Shown piece after piece: positions 39,179 through 51,897 of a DNA stretch of 64,000 nucleotides (its first letter is position 1; every line of letters begins with the position of its first letter). Source of the stretch: Epiperipatus broadwayi. Its lineage: Eukaryota > Animalia > Onychophora. The stretch spans positions 26,536,001-26,600,000 of the forward strand of contig JAQFVV010000004.1 in assembly GCA_028023455.1 (NCBI GenBank). The letters are read 5' to 3'. The translations under genes and the position numbers were made by a program. The notes beneath the pieces are model-generated. The model was not told the origin of the DNA. It searched no databases and saw only the letters and a program-made list of their open reading frames with translations.

Positions 39179-42029
39179 CATCAGATTTTCTGACCACCAT
39201 TACTAAAAATAAATAATATTTTATACAAAATTTTAAATATATCATATACTATAACATATTTTAATATAATAGCTATTTTACAAGTAATCTCCCATCACCT
39301 ATTACATATACATATCCCTTACACACATATATGACTTTGAAGTGATACAAAATGTTTATTTAAAATATTTAAGATATTGATAAATATTTATGTAGTGGTT
39401 ATTTTTTAAGATTAAAGCAAAAAAAATTGTGTTAGATATGTGTGTATATTCACATAAGAATGGAGTTTGAATTTGGTTTGGTGGTGGGAGATTAGAGTGG
39501 GCTGTGAAGTGCAATCTGACTATCAGATTGACCGCTTCAATATTCATGACTTAATATAAGTTTCACCTATTTTACCCTATAGCTACGTCTGTGTCGGATT
39601 TAAACCTAAGTACACATATATAAGCATTAATAGCTATATATGTATCCTCATACATATATATGTGAATAAATGACATATATTGCAGTGTGCATATTTTATT
39701 TAAAATTTAAATCTTTTAAATTATAGATTTCATTTTATTAAAAAGAAGTCAATTTGTTATTTTATATTAAAAATCACATACATATGTATGAAATTTACAT
39801 ATCACCATGATACATATATAATATAATGTTATTTAAAAGTTCCGAATAATTCCTCATTTATAATTAAAATTGTGGTAAAGAAGAATCATGCCACCATGCA
39901 CCTGTTAAATATAGCATGTGAGTAAGATTTTTAAATCTTATTTTTCATAATAATATTTTCAAAAATGTATTTTATAAATAACAAAATTCACTGAGCTGGA
40001 ATTGAGATGGCTAAGTTAAATTAAAAATAGCTTTAAAATTTAAACAATAATTAAATCAATTTTGTATAAATTAAAAATGATTGTAAACAAGTGCTAATGG
40101 ATTTAACAGCTGTAAATCCAAGTTGTTGACAAAATAATACAAGATTTAAAAATCATATAAATACTTTAATATTTAGACACTCTTTCTTACTCTGTAAATT
40201 TAACATGCATTGCTACCAAAATCCATACCCATTTGAACTTTGAAATGAGAGTAGGAGACTGCAGATTTGCCATTTTTCCTGAGGGAAGATGGTGATCTCA
40301 AGCTCAATCCTATGTGCCACAATGGCATGAAACCATCATCATTGAGATGGGAGATTTCCAGCCACAGCCTGCTGTATAAAAAAGACATCTTAGACCATGC
40401 AACCTATCCAAAGAAGAGTGTCACCACACCTATCATCTGAAGTGCCTGAAATACCAGCTGCAGTAAAGATGACTGGTAATATTTTCTCCAAAAACTTAAG
40501 AGCTCTTAACTGATCTTTAAACCTTTAACTTTAATCTTAAAGTTAGCTTATTTAATGTAATTGAATGTTCACTATTATTTCTTAAAACTCTGTTTAAAAT
40601 AAAACCATTTATAAAATTAAATCTGTATAAATCTTGCCTGAATCTATTCTTGTAAATGTAATTTTATTCTCTAATCTATAATAACTGTAATCAGTTATTG
40701 TCTAAATTTCTTTAATACTCCAGTTATGCCATATTTATTGTTTTAATCATTTATTTCAATTTAATTTTTATATGTTATAATATGCCAATATTTTGAAACA
40801 GTGACTACTAAATTTTAATAAACTTTAATGGAGAGATAATCATTAAAATCTTCATTGAAATATTTTATAAATGCTACTTAGTATATTGAAATGCCATTTT
40901 GAAATCCTTTTTATGCTAGATAATAACCGATTGCTATGCACTCATTATCATTTATTTATACTTGCATTCTACTTCATTATAGTTTGCATAGTCATTTATT
41001 ATAACTATGACTTACTGATATCTGTTAGAAGTGACATGATAGCTACAGATGATATTAAAGTATATTTGTTAATGATTATTAATGCCCATCAAATATACTT
41101 TCTCCTCCTTAATTATGATATATATATATATATATTGTAACAATATATAAATATGCCATTACATTAATTTAAAATAAAAACTTTAAGTTCGCGAATAAAA
41201 ATAAATTTATTAAAAACTAAAAGCTAAAAAAAATTAGAGTTGTTCAATATATATATATTTGCACAGATGCAAAACTTTACAAGTATTTTTTTTTATATAA
41301 AAAAAAGAGTGTTTGAATGTATTTTTTTATATAAAAAAAAAGTACAAGACGTAAAAATAAAATATTTTTGTAAAAAGATTTATATATTTTTTGTAAATGG
41401 AAATGATTGTTTTATAAATTAATTGAAAAGCAAACTAGCCCTTGGGGCTCTTATATAATTAAAAAGTCAGAGGAAAGATATAGATAAGAGAATAAAAAGA
41501 ATTAGCTTGACCAATGGAAGCACCAAGCCTCAGCTCAGACCCTAATGAAAATGATGGATTAGTGACGTTTTGTTCATTGAATCCAGAGGATGATTATAAA
41601 AGGAAAAATAATGACAGTTCCAGCTTGATTTTGTGACAAGAGTGATAAGATGCATTTATCACTCTCTCTCACTTATTTCAAATAAAATGACTGAAAAACA
41701 GGATTGAAACAGCTAAGGCAGCTTCTGGATTGAGAACTACAGCAGAACATCAGACCGGTCTTCCAATGGAGACATCGCAGGAATTGGCACCAAGAACCGT
41801 GACTCTTCTACTGTAAGCTATTGAACTGAACAATTTTAAAATTTAAAAGTAATTAAGAACTTTCATCAAGATTTGACAAGTTTAATAAACAAGCTAAATC
41901 TAATTTTTGTAAAATGAACTATAATCTGACTTTTCCAAATCAATTATTGTTTAATTTTTTTTTTCATTTAAGTTTGCCAAAGATCATTTCCATTTATTTT
42001 TGTTAATATTTATTGTAGAAATTATTAAA

Positions 42030-43285
42030 TGTATTAAATTTAAGTTGGGCATAGACGCTTGCATAGATTCGTTCACGTTTAATTACGTTTTTGTTTTCAT
42101 ATATGATTAGAATATATAGACATTGGGTAAATAATGATATCTTACATTGAATATCTAAAATGTATTTATTCGGATGTCTTGTTAGTTATTGGTGTCAATG
42201 CGGCATCTTATGATGAATGCCATTGGGTTTCTAGTGAATTCCCTCTGCAATTACATCAATGACTTTATATTTTGATCATTTATGTTGAAATATTTTTGAG
42301 TGTGTAATTTATGTAATCGATCTATACTCAACATTAAACAACAAACTTTTATAAAATCCATCAGTGCGAATTTATATAAATGTTAAATTTAAGTTGGGCA
42401 TGAATGGCTATATAGATTTGTAAAGTTATATTAATTAATTAGGGGAGGGTAATCTTAGGTTGTTTCATAGTTAAATTAGGTCAATGGATTGGATATATTG
42501 GTGTAATTAGTAGATGTAGTATGAGGTTCGCTAGTGCAGGATCTCCATTATATGCCGCACACCTCTTTTTGCCTATGGAAGGGAATAGTAAGACGGAAAA
42601 ACGCAGTCCTTCCTATGGAGTTTTTTTTTATTGTTCTTCTTGCTATACAGATGTAACATTCCTGTATTGAACAAGAGTCAATGTCTACTCTAACTATACT
42701 ATTCAGATGTATATTCCAGACAGTATAGTATTTTTTGTGCTGTTGTATTTTCATGCTACATTGAATACATCAATGTATCAGATGGATTGACGCCAGTTAG
42801 ACTGCGAGCTTTTGGCCTAAGATTAAATAAGGGATAGAATATTTTCTTTTCAAATGCAAATCTATGTAGTTCATTCATACTCGACAAAATAAATATAAAT
42901 TTCATCTGTGTGGATGATTTAAAATCTTAAAATAATAATTTAAATTAAAAGTTAATATTAAAAGCTAAATAATAAATGTTATTCCTCAAATTTAAAATGA
43001 TTATATATGTGTGTAAATAAATATTGTTTGTATGTTAATTACTGGCAGTGGCTTTTATTTTTTTATATTTAAGATATCAATTAAAGATATATATATATTA
43101 TCTCTGCATCTCCACTGAGTTAGTGAAAATGGGCTAACGGTCGGAATCAAAATATAAAAAAAAAAATTTTTTTTTAAACTTACGTATCTGCCTACTATAT
43201 AAATTTTCTAGATTCAAATGCCTAGATGGCACCATGTAGTGTTGATACATTAAGTCTCATATTCTCCCCGATCGTTATAATATAT
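42030..43285 (-). repeat. Unclassified interspersed repeat, copy 2, plus a related extra terminus at 42036
   Basis: Reverse complement of 14553-15512. The terminus aaatttaagttgggcat occurs at both 42036 and 42385. Retains many CpGs. Confidence 0.8.
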
Positions 43286-45239
43286 ATATATATGCAGATT
43301 CAGTACTTTAACTTGGATTAATAATTTAGTTTAGCCCTTTTACTTAGCATGATTAATATGCTATTTTAAAGAATGGGTGGTGTTAGTTAGCAAATAGATG
43401 CTATCTGTTTTTAGGCACAATTAATTAATTATATATATACATATGTGTATTTACTTATGGATTGTGTGTCTTTACTAAATACACTTGTATATCATGTGTT
43501 GCTGTCTTTCAGATGGGTTTGTGGTGGAGGCTGCTTCCATCCACCTTAGTTCGGGTATGGCACCTTTAGAACTGAAACATGAGGAGCCAGACCATGTTTG
43601 AAGTCTATCCAAGTTCTTGAACTATACATGTTCATTTATAGTAGCAAGCCATCCAGTCTTAGGGCACCGAGCATTCAATGTTGAAGCCTATGAATAATTA
43701 TTCATTCACACCATGAACTTATTTTTAGTATTTTATTTAGTGCCATAATGTGTGTGTGTGTATATATATGAATCTAAAAGTAACCAGTTCTTTTCCTCAT
43801 TAATTAATTATTCAGTATTAGACTAGAACTGGAATCTTGGTTACCAGATTAAATCTGCATCATCTTGAGATTATTCATTTGCTCACATTGTTAATATATA
43901 TAACAGCCACATTAGCACTGTATGTAGAATCATCTCAACTATATTATCAACTTGTAACATTGGCAAACCACTTAATACTATAGGTACGATTTTAATAACA
44001 CACAAATACATATCTATTTTATATTTTGAGATGAGAGTGCTGTCTTAATCTGGTCTTATTCACTATGTAATGCCTGTGTGCATCAATTCATAGATTAATA
44101 CACTAAAATTAATCATTGTATTTTTGCTTGAATTATTATATTAATAAAATCATTTAAAATATAAACTTGTTTCATGTGTTTGCTTGCAATCCAAACCCAA
44201 TTCCTTAGTGATTTTATGTTGTATATGCATTATTTTAGTTAAGTTAATTAGCATGTTAAGTAGTTCATTTTATCCCTTTTAATTAAATTGTTAATTCCCC
44301 TTGAGTCTCATGTTTCTCCCTGTTTGGAGCCAGCTCCTGAAGAAATTGAGACTTGAGTGTAACATCAGAAATGTCATCCATAAGGTGTTAAATCATTGAG
44401 TACTGGTAAATGAGTTGAAGCTTGATTGGATTTAGGATTTCACCATCTCCTTTTGGTCAACTTTGGGATATTTTGTCTGGATTCTGAATTTTGTTACATG
44501 AATGTACAAATCTGTCTGTTACAATGGCTTTATCAACACTTTGCTATTTCTTTATCTGCTTTTTTTTTTTTTACAAATATTCATAATTCCATCATTTCAA
44601 TCTTCATGAATTTAATTGAATGTCTCACCTTTTCATTTAAAATACTTGGCAATTCAGAAAATGTAGTATCTAGAAGATATTTTTCTATCTAGTTCTTTAT
44701 TATTATATAATTTTTCATAGAATTCATTCACATATTTTATGATGTCATTTCTTTTTTTAGTAATACTTGCATCTTTTCTGGGTTTTTTTTTTCTGAAACA
44801 ATGTGTTTTTCAATACCAAAATGTGTTTTTGAGGTAGATGATTGAAAATTAAAAAGTAATGACAATTTATTTTTTTACATAGTATATATAAAAATCATGG
44901 AACCAATTTCAATACTATTATTATCGTATTAAACTCTTTGGAGTTTTAATTATTTTTTATATGATCTATAGATTTTTGATTTATCAGAAAAAATGTATTT
45001 CCAATGTCAGTTTACATATGGTCTTTTTTTATTACAGTCTCAACATTTGTTTCCCATATTTAAAACACTTTTTATGCTTACAAAATTCATCTATAATTCC
45101 ATCTTTATTTGTGAAATAATAAATAGTTCATTGAGCCAAAATCATTTCAGAGAAGATTGTCTTTGTATTAATTCTAAATATTTAAGAGGACGTTTTTCTA
45201 CTTAGGGTAATCTCATTTTGAGCAAATTGGTGATAGTAG

Positions 45240-48200
45240 AAGGAATTTTCTAAATATGCTTGAAAATTTTATGCTAAATTGCAATTCAATTAATTCAACA
45301 GAAGATTTAATTCTATTTTAAGTTTTAATATGATTAAGGAAACAATGGAAGGAATTTCTAAAAAATTTCTAATTCTTATTAGATTGTCAAAAGATAAGTA
45401 ATTCTAGTTTTTCTGAAAATCAAGCATTGCAAGAAACTTTAAATTAAAAAAGGCCCGGCAGGCTATCAGAAGATATTATCTCTAAAAGAACTGAAATAAA
45501 AAATAAAAGTAGCTATGCTAATGTTCTGAAGAAAAAAATACAGATACAGAGGCCAATTTACTTCAAATTAATGAAGAAAATAAAACTGATTTTTAAAATT
45601 CAGATGTTAATGAAAATAAACAAATTCAGAATCTACATTATTTCCTAATAATACATTAAAACCTGAAGAATATCAGGATATTGTAACTAAGTACAATCAA
45701 ACAATCCCCCCAATAATTTTCAAATCTTTTCAGAAATTTATAAATGAAAAAATACTGATCATATCTATGACAGACTTAAATATTATTATAATGAAATTCC
45801 CCACAGAAGAGTTTTATGAATTTCTCTCAGAAAAAAAAATGTGGGGAATGATTTATAAAGTGCTAAACCACCCTAATAATAGGGACATTGTACTGGAATT
45901 TATCAATGTATCACAAAAATTAATTTTTCAAAAACATATTCAGGATATCAAGAAAAATAGTACTTTAGTATATTTCTTGCTATGACATATTCCCCTTAAC
46001 ATGTTTTCTGCCAGTAAGATTTCATCAAAGATTTAGATGAATGATGTCATGGCAACTAAGACACTAGCTTGACTAATCCATGGGAATGGTCAAGATCTTT
46101 GTGTGGTGACCTGCAAGAATTCAAAAGACAAGAGACCTATGTAAATTTTTGTCATTTGTCTTTTGTGCTATTGCCGCACCAGCACAGAGATTTTTTTGTG
46201 TGGCCTTATTGAGATTTTGATTGCTATTTTATACTTATATTGTTACTATGTAATTTTCATTTTGTTTCTTACATTTTGATAAAATTCACTTCTTATCCTA
46301 CATATGTCCAATATATTGTTTTACTTTCGTAATTTTTTATAGAAATTATTCTTGTAAGTAGTTTTCATTTTGTTTCTTACATTTTGATAAAATTTGCTTC
46401 ATATCTTACATATCCGATATATATTTTTTTACTTTTGTAATTTTTTATAAACATTATCCTAATTTTCACTAGAAAATATTTCATTACTTATTTTAAAATA
46501 ATACATTGAAACACATTTTTCATGTCACCATTTGCACTTTATGACAGGTTCACAGTACACTGGAAGAGTGTTATTTATAGTCTGTTTTATTTTAAAATTA
46601 GTTCCTTTTTTTGTATAGAAATATTTATGTAATTATTTTAAAAGATATTTGTGTAATTATTTTAAAAAGATTTTTAATCATTTTATATTTTAAAAACTGT
46701 TAGTTGATTATTATTTATTTATGTAAATTTTTTTTTTCCAGGAATGATAAACATGGCACCATCTGACGTCTCAAACACATGTCTTCTTTAGTATTTTTCT
46801 AGCTGTGACAGATTATCCCAAAGACGTATTAGTCTAATCTTGAGATCTTCAAGGTAACACCTCCATGTGATCTGCGGACAAATTTTATCGATTAAGTTTG
46901 TCTGCAAATCACTTGGAGATGTTATCTTAAAGATCAGAAGATTAGACTAATACGTCTTCAGGGTAATATGTCATAGCAAGAAAAATATTAAAGAACCAAA
47001 AAAATTTTCTGCTATGTTGATACAAAAAGACAGATGAAGCTAGAGGGCCAAATTAGAAACTGCCATATTAACTTTGCCAACCAAGATTTACAGAAATTAC
47101 TTGATAAATATGGAAAAGTTGCTAATTTTAGATATTTATTTGCAAAAAGAGCTACGATGCCAGTCTTAACTAACACTTATTCAGCATCACATTGAATAAA
47201 TATGTACAGCTAATTTATATTTCAACCTTGCATTCCACTGATTTCTCCCCTTTGATAATCACCTTCAAGGGAGTACCTTCAGGGTTTTTTGCAAATCTAG
47301 GGAGCACCTCATCAAGGATTGCCCTATCAGATATTGCAAATATTGTGATTTTAAAAATACAAAATATCATCAATGTGCCAAAGAGAAAATGTTGTTAGAA
47401 GAAAATCCAAACACTGTAAATGTATCTAATGTAGAAACTGATCAACCAATGAATCAAATATCACCAATCCCCAACATAACTTCCCATATGGATGTATTAA
47501 AACCTATGGCTAATAAGACTCGCAGGAACAAAGAAAATCAGAAGCAATAACTACTGAGACAGTATCTATCAATGATTCTAATACTCCACAGCATATGCAA
47601 TCAGAATAGAGCTCTGATGACAACTATAAAGTGGCAGGAAGTAAAAAAAAGTTTAAGAAAATTTAAAAAAAAATTAAAATAAAAGACAATTTAAATAAAA
47701 ATAAAGACAAATGCAATGGATAAACAAAAAAACAACCCTAAAGGTAAAAAGAAAACTCCTTACATGCCCATTCACAAAAAACTAGATATAGTGAATCAAA
47801 TGAAGATAACAATGCTCTAGAAGATGTAGTCCCTTTACATTGAACCTACAAAAAACTCTAGTAATTCTCCACTTTCACAAGAGCAAGTCAAATACATCAA
47901 ATGAGTAAACAGTCACAAATGAAAAGCAAGAATTAAAAAGGATAATCATCTGGAAAAGGTTAACACAGAACTGGATACAAATGCTGTTCCAATTTCTGAT
48001 AACTCCTCTTATGTCTTATGAGCCAATCAACTCACCAGCAAAAACAAGAAATCCTGATTTAAAATATTAAAACATCAACTTCAAAATGAATAGACAAATT
48101 GATAGACAAATAATTTTTAATAAAGGTATCTTTTTGATAGATCTTTTTTATTTTAAATTAAGCAAGACTTTTAATTGTATGTTTTGCCATGATGACTGGA

Positions 48201-49145
48201 GAATTATACCTACAATTATAAAATGCTGTACAATACTTCTTTTGGAAATATCTTTGTTGGGTATTTTAATAACACAGTGGCATAGTGTAATATATAATAG
48301 AATTATGGTTATAATTAATGTTTTTGAAATTACTTATTTTATTTTATAATTAAAATGGATTTATGTATATGAGAGGTTAATATTAGGGGAATTAATTTGA
48401 TCCAACACATCTTTGCATTCAGTAATTGGATAACACAATTTTCTCCCCATATAATACTTTTTACAGAGACAAAATATTCTGTAAATTCACATATTAACCC
48501 CCAGAAATTTTTATGTAAATTTGGATATTGCCAATTTTCAATAAATGTCTTGGCTGCATCTGGAATTGGAATTTTATTCCTTCATAAATTGCCATTTCAA
48601 ACATTCAAAATAATTTATCATGACCATCAATTGATTATGATTACTCTAATTCATACAGCCTTTACAATAAATATTATAGGGCTGTATTTATATAATAAAA
48701 TTTTCATAATAAGCCAATAAACCAATAAGATTAATCTTCTTTTAGGTACAAACTCATATCCTACAATTATGATTGGTGATTTCAACATGCCTTACTGTAT
48801 CTTTGTTAGGAAGTACTTGCATATGATTAATAAACATTTAATGAGTTCTGAGGGATTCTTATATTCCAACTCTATATTGTTTTATACAAAGAAAAAATCA
48901 TCTTTAATCGATTTATATATTTATCCACCCGAATTACATTATCATATCTATCCTTCCTTGCAACCAATAACTTTTTCTGATCACCTGGCTTTGAATGTTT
49001 GTTTGAAGCTAAATATGCAAGTAAAACCTGTTTTTCTGCTTAATAATAAAGTTAGATTACTTTTAAAATATGCCACACTTAGGGCATTGATAACAGAAAT
49101 ATATATATTGAAACAAACACATTGTTTCATATGTATAGTTTGAAG
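45240..49145 (+). mobile_element. L1/Tx1-like LINE 5' portion (ORF1 plus APE endonuclease), interrupted at ~45959-46986
   Basis: ORF1 FPTEEF...LEFINVSQKLIFQK (45767-45985), continuing after the interruption to a FFCKSREHLIKDCP knuckle (~47289-47324). EN: HIILFTETK (48397-48720), PTIMIGDFN...SLIDLYI...FSDHLAL (48750-49143). Same family as 18300-21290. Confidence 0.8.
46784..46996. repeat. ~100 bp-arm hairpin (inverted repeat)
   Basis: Left arm ...aagacgtattagtctaatctt...ctgcggacaaa, 14 nt loop, right arm tttgtctgca...aagattagactaatacgtctt...; a third partial copy lies at 45958-45995. Confidence 0.9.
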
Positions 49146-50059
49146 TCCCTCCCCCCAAATTTAAAAACTGTTGAGATTAAAATAAAAAGTTGACAGTTTT
49201 TAATGAATAAAAAGGTAAAAAAAAAAAGAATAAGTGACAGCAATTTAGAATCAAATTTCAGGTACATTATAAAACTCAAAATGGTTAAAAATTAAGAAGA
49301 AAAATCAATATTTTAAAATATTAAAATAACTGTTTAAAATGTAGTGTTTTGTAAAAGTTTAATGTTTTCAGATTAAAAATAGGAAGGCTGTAATTAACAA
49401 TTAATTAAAAAAGTTTGCTGTAGGCATGAAAGTTAATTTTAAAAAAACATGTCAGATAAGAGTTATCAAAATCTATTCCTGCTACAAGTGGACTTCCAAT
49501 AAATGAGTTGAATGAAGACACAGGCCTCAGAGAAAGATCATCATCACCAATAGAATTAGTGCTAGATCAATCTGGAGAATTATTGATAAGAAAAGCATAG
49601 ACTATAAATAGAGAAGTAGATATGGCTTAAAGATTTGAAAAATATATTGTTTGGTAGTATCAAGACTATTACTAGTGGATTAGCCATCATTAGTACTGTG
49701 TAGAGAAATGCAGCTTATATGAATACTGGCCCAATGAAGCTTGGAACACAGTGAACATTAACCAAAGAAGGAACCTATAACTACTAAAGAATGAAGAAAC
49801 AAAGTATTAAAATGGAATATCCTCAAATGTCTGACTAAAAATGAAACAGCTTTTCTTTCTCCTCTGTCACTTGGTTTAGCAATGGAAATAAGATAAAAAC
49901 AAGGTCAGTTAACTGACTGTCAACCCATTAGCTCTTGAAAACTCCTATTAATAGAAAGATTTATGAAGAACCACCAACAGATGAAGGTTCAGGTAAGAAA
50001 ATTTATGCACATTTATAATATATAAAATTAAAAGCATGTGAAGTGCTTGAAAGAGAAGC

Positions 50060-51010
50060 TATAGAGAGTGCAAAAAATATTAAACACTAAGCGCTTTCGA
50101 GGCAATTTGCCTCATATTCATAGCAATAATGTGAAATGCAGAACAGAAAAGTAAAGGTGTTATGCAAAGTATATGCAAATGATTTATAGCCCAGCATTTG
50201 GAAATCTCAAAGCAGGTGTCATGTCTATTGATAGAGTTATTGTTGCCATTAATGAAGTATGCTTCTCTAATTTTCTGTTTGATGTTGTTATTCTCTGGGT
50301 AAACTATTTTGGGGTTGGAGGGTTCAAACATATAGCCTATCTTCTTGAAAAGTTCTAAGAATGTTGAAGAATTGTCATTATTTTTCTTTGATCTATTGTA
50401 GATGCATATATGCTGAGTGGTTCTGTTGGTTATGCTAGCTTTGGTTTCACCATAATAAATGGCACAGCATCCAGGTTGGGCACATGAGATGCTATAAATG
50501 ACATGGGGGGTCTGAGAAGGGTCGATTTTGTCTTTAGAATTATTGATTAGACGATTGGTGCAGGGGTGTGTGTGAAAACTGATTTTAAATTTGTTGGCCA
50601 AGACTTTAATTAGTTGGTTGGAGATTTTAGGTATTTGTGAGAGCTTGGGAAATTGGAGTGTGGATGTACAAAGCCTCTGATTTCAGAAGGCTTTATCATG
50701 ATTGGGTAATTTATTGTGCTCTCATCATGCTTTAGACAGTCAAGGTATTTTAGACTCTGGGAGGCATCTTCTGCTATGGAGTTGATGGTTAGATTGGTGT
50801 TTTGTAATAAGTCTGGTATAAATACAATTTGTAGTGTGTTGATTGGCTATGATGAATACATCATCTACATACCATGTGTACATAATGTGAGGCCAGTCAG
50901 CTTGGTATTTGGATATTAGTTTTTCCAAAATGATTAATGAAGATGCTGGTGACGATTCCACTGAGTGGGAGACCCTTAGACCAACCTTTTTTCATGTTGT
51001 ACCAATTGTA
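50060..51010 (-). mobile_element. Penelope-like element, internally shortened RT plus GIY-YIG endonuclease
   Basis: ORF 50740-50961 has YTWYVDDVFII (RT). ORF 50080-50601 has HVIYSISCAQPGCCAIYYGET...R..QH...KIREAYFI...NSINR (PLE GIY-YIG). Confidence 0.9.
50085..50125 (-). ncRNA. Degenerate minimal hammerhead ribozyme at PLE 3' end
   Basis: Minus strand TGCT-ATGAATA-T-GAGGC-AAATT-GCCTC-GAAA-GCGC-TT-AGTG: perfect helix II, GAAA, palindromic helix III; the core has two substitutions relative to CUGANGA. Confidence 0.6.
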
Positions 51011-51588
51011 CTTAAATGTGGTATAGAGTGTTTGTCCATCTATGTCAAGAATGAAACAATGAAATTGATACGTTGGGATGAGAGAATATTTGAAAATATT
51101 TTGAAAACGTATTTACTGAAATTATTTATGAAATAATGAAATGCTACTCTCTGAATTGATTGCTTATAAAATAATCCAAAAGGAAAAATATATTTATTCT
51201 AAATGACGAATTTTTAAATGGAGCATACTGGAGTAATAAGATAATATAGGCATTATTAAAAGATAAACTGAAGAAGCAAAATAATTTTGTTGATTTAAAA
51301 TAATTCTATAATGAACTTCATACTAATATGTGTCTACATAAATTAAATTATTAATTATAAAATGACATTTATTATTTTACAAAATGCTTTGATAGAGTAA
51401 ATCAAATCTGAATCCACACACATATAAATTAAAGAAATGTTTGTGACGTGAATTAAGAAATTATAGAGTAAAATTGATATATTACATACATAAATAATAA
51501 TGAATATGTACCCACATACCTGAATACATAGTAGATATAAATTAAGAAGGTATAAAGTAAATATAATGATGAATATGAACTTCTACCA

Positions 51589-51897
51589 AAGTGGCTCAAC
51601 CGCATCTGTATACTAAGTGAATAAAAATAAAATACTGCCATATAAGTGACTTAAATCCGCATCTATATCATGTGTAAAATGAAATACTTCTAAATAAGAA
51701 GTTCAACCCCACACCTGTATAAAATGTGAAATAAAATGGAAATGCTCCAAATAAATGACTCAAAACCGCATCTATATAATGCATAAAATAAAATACTGTT
51801 AAATAAGTGGTTCAACCCTGCTATAATAAGTGAAATGAAAATGTTTCAAATAAATGACTTAAAACCACTTCTATATAATGCCTAAAGAAATATTTAC
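51589..51897. repeat. Minisatellite, six ~47-57 bp units alternating A/B
   Basis: Unit starts at ~51589, 51644, 51696, 51753, 51805 and 51852: aagtgg(c/t)tcaacc-type alternating with aa(g/a)tgact(t/c)aaa.cc-type. Confidence 0.8.

Noticed and set aside
43513-43554. Mini-exon between tttcag and gtatgg
   Set aside because: The peptide (DGFVVEAASIHLSS) is unrecognised, and such splice-like pairs arise by chance.
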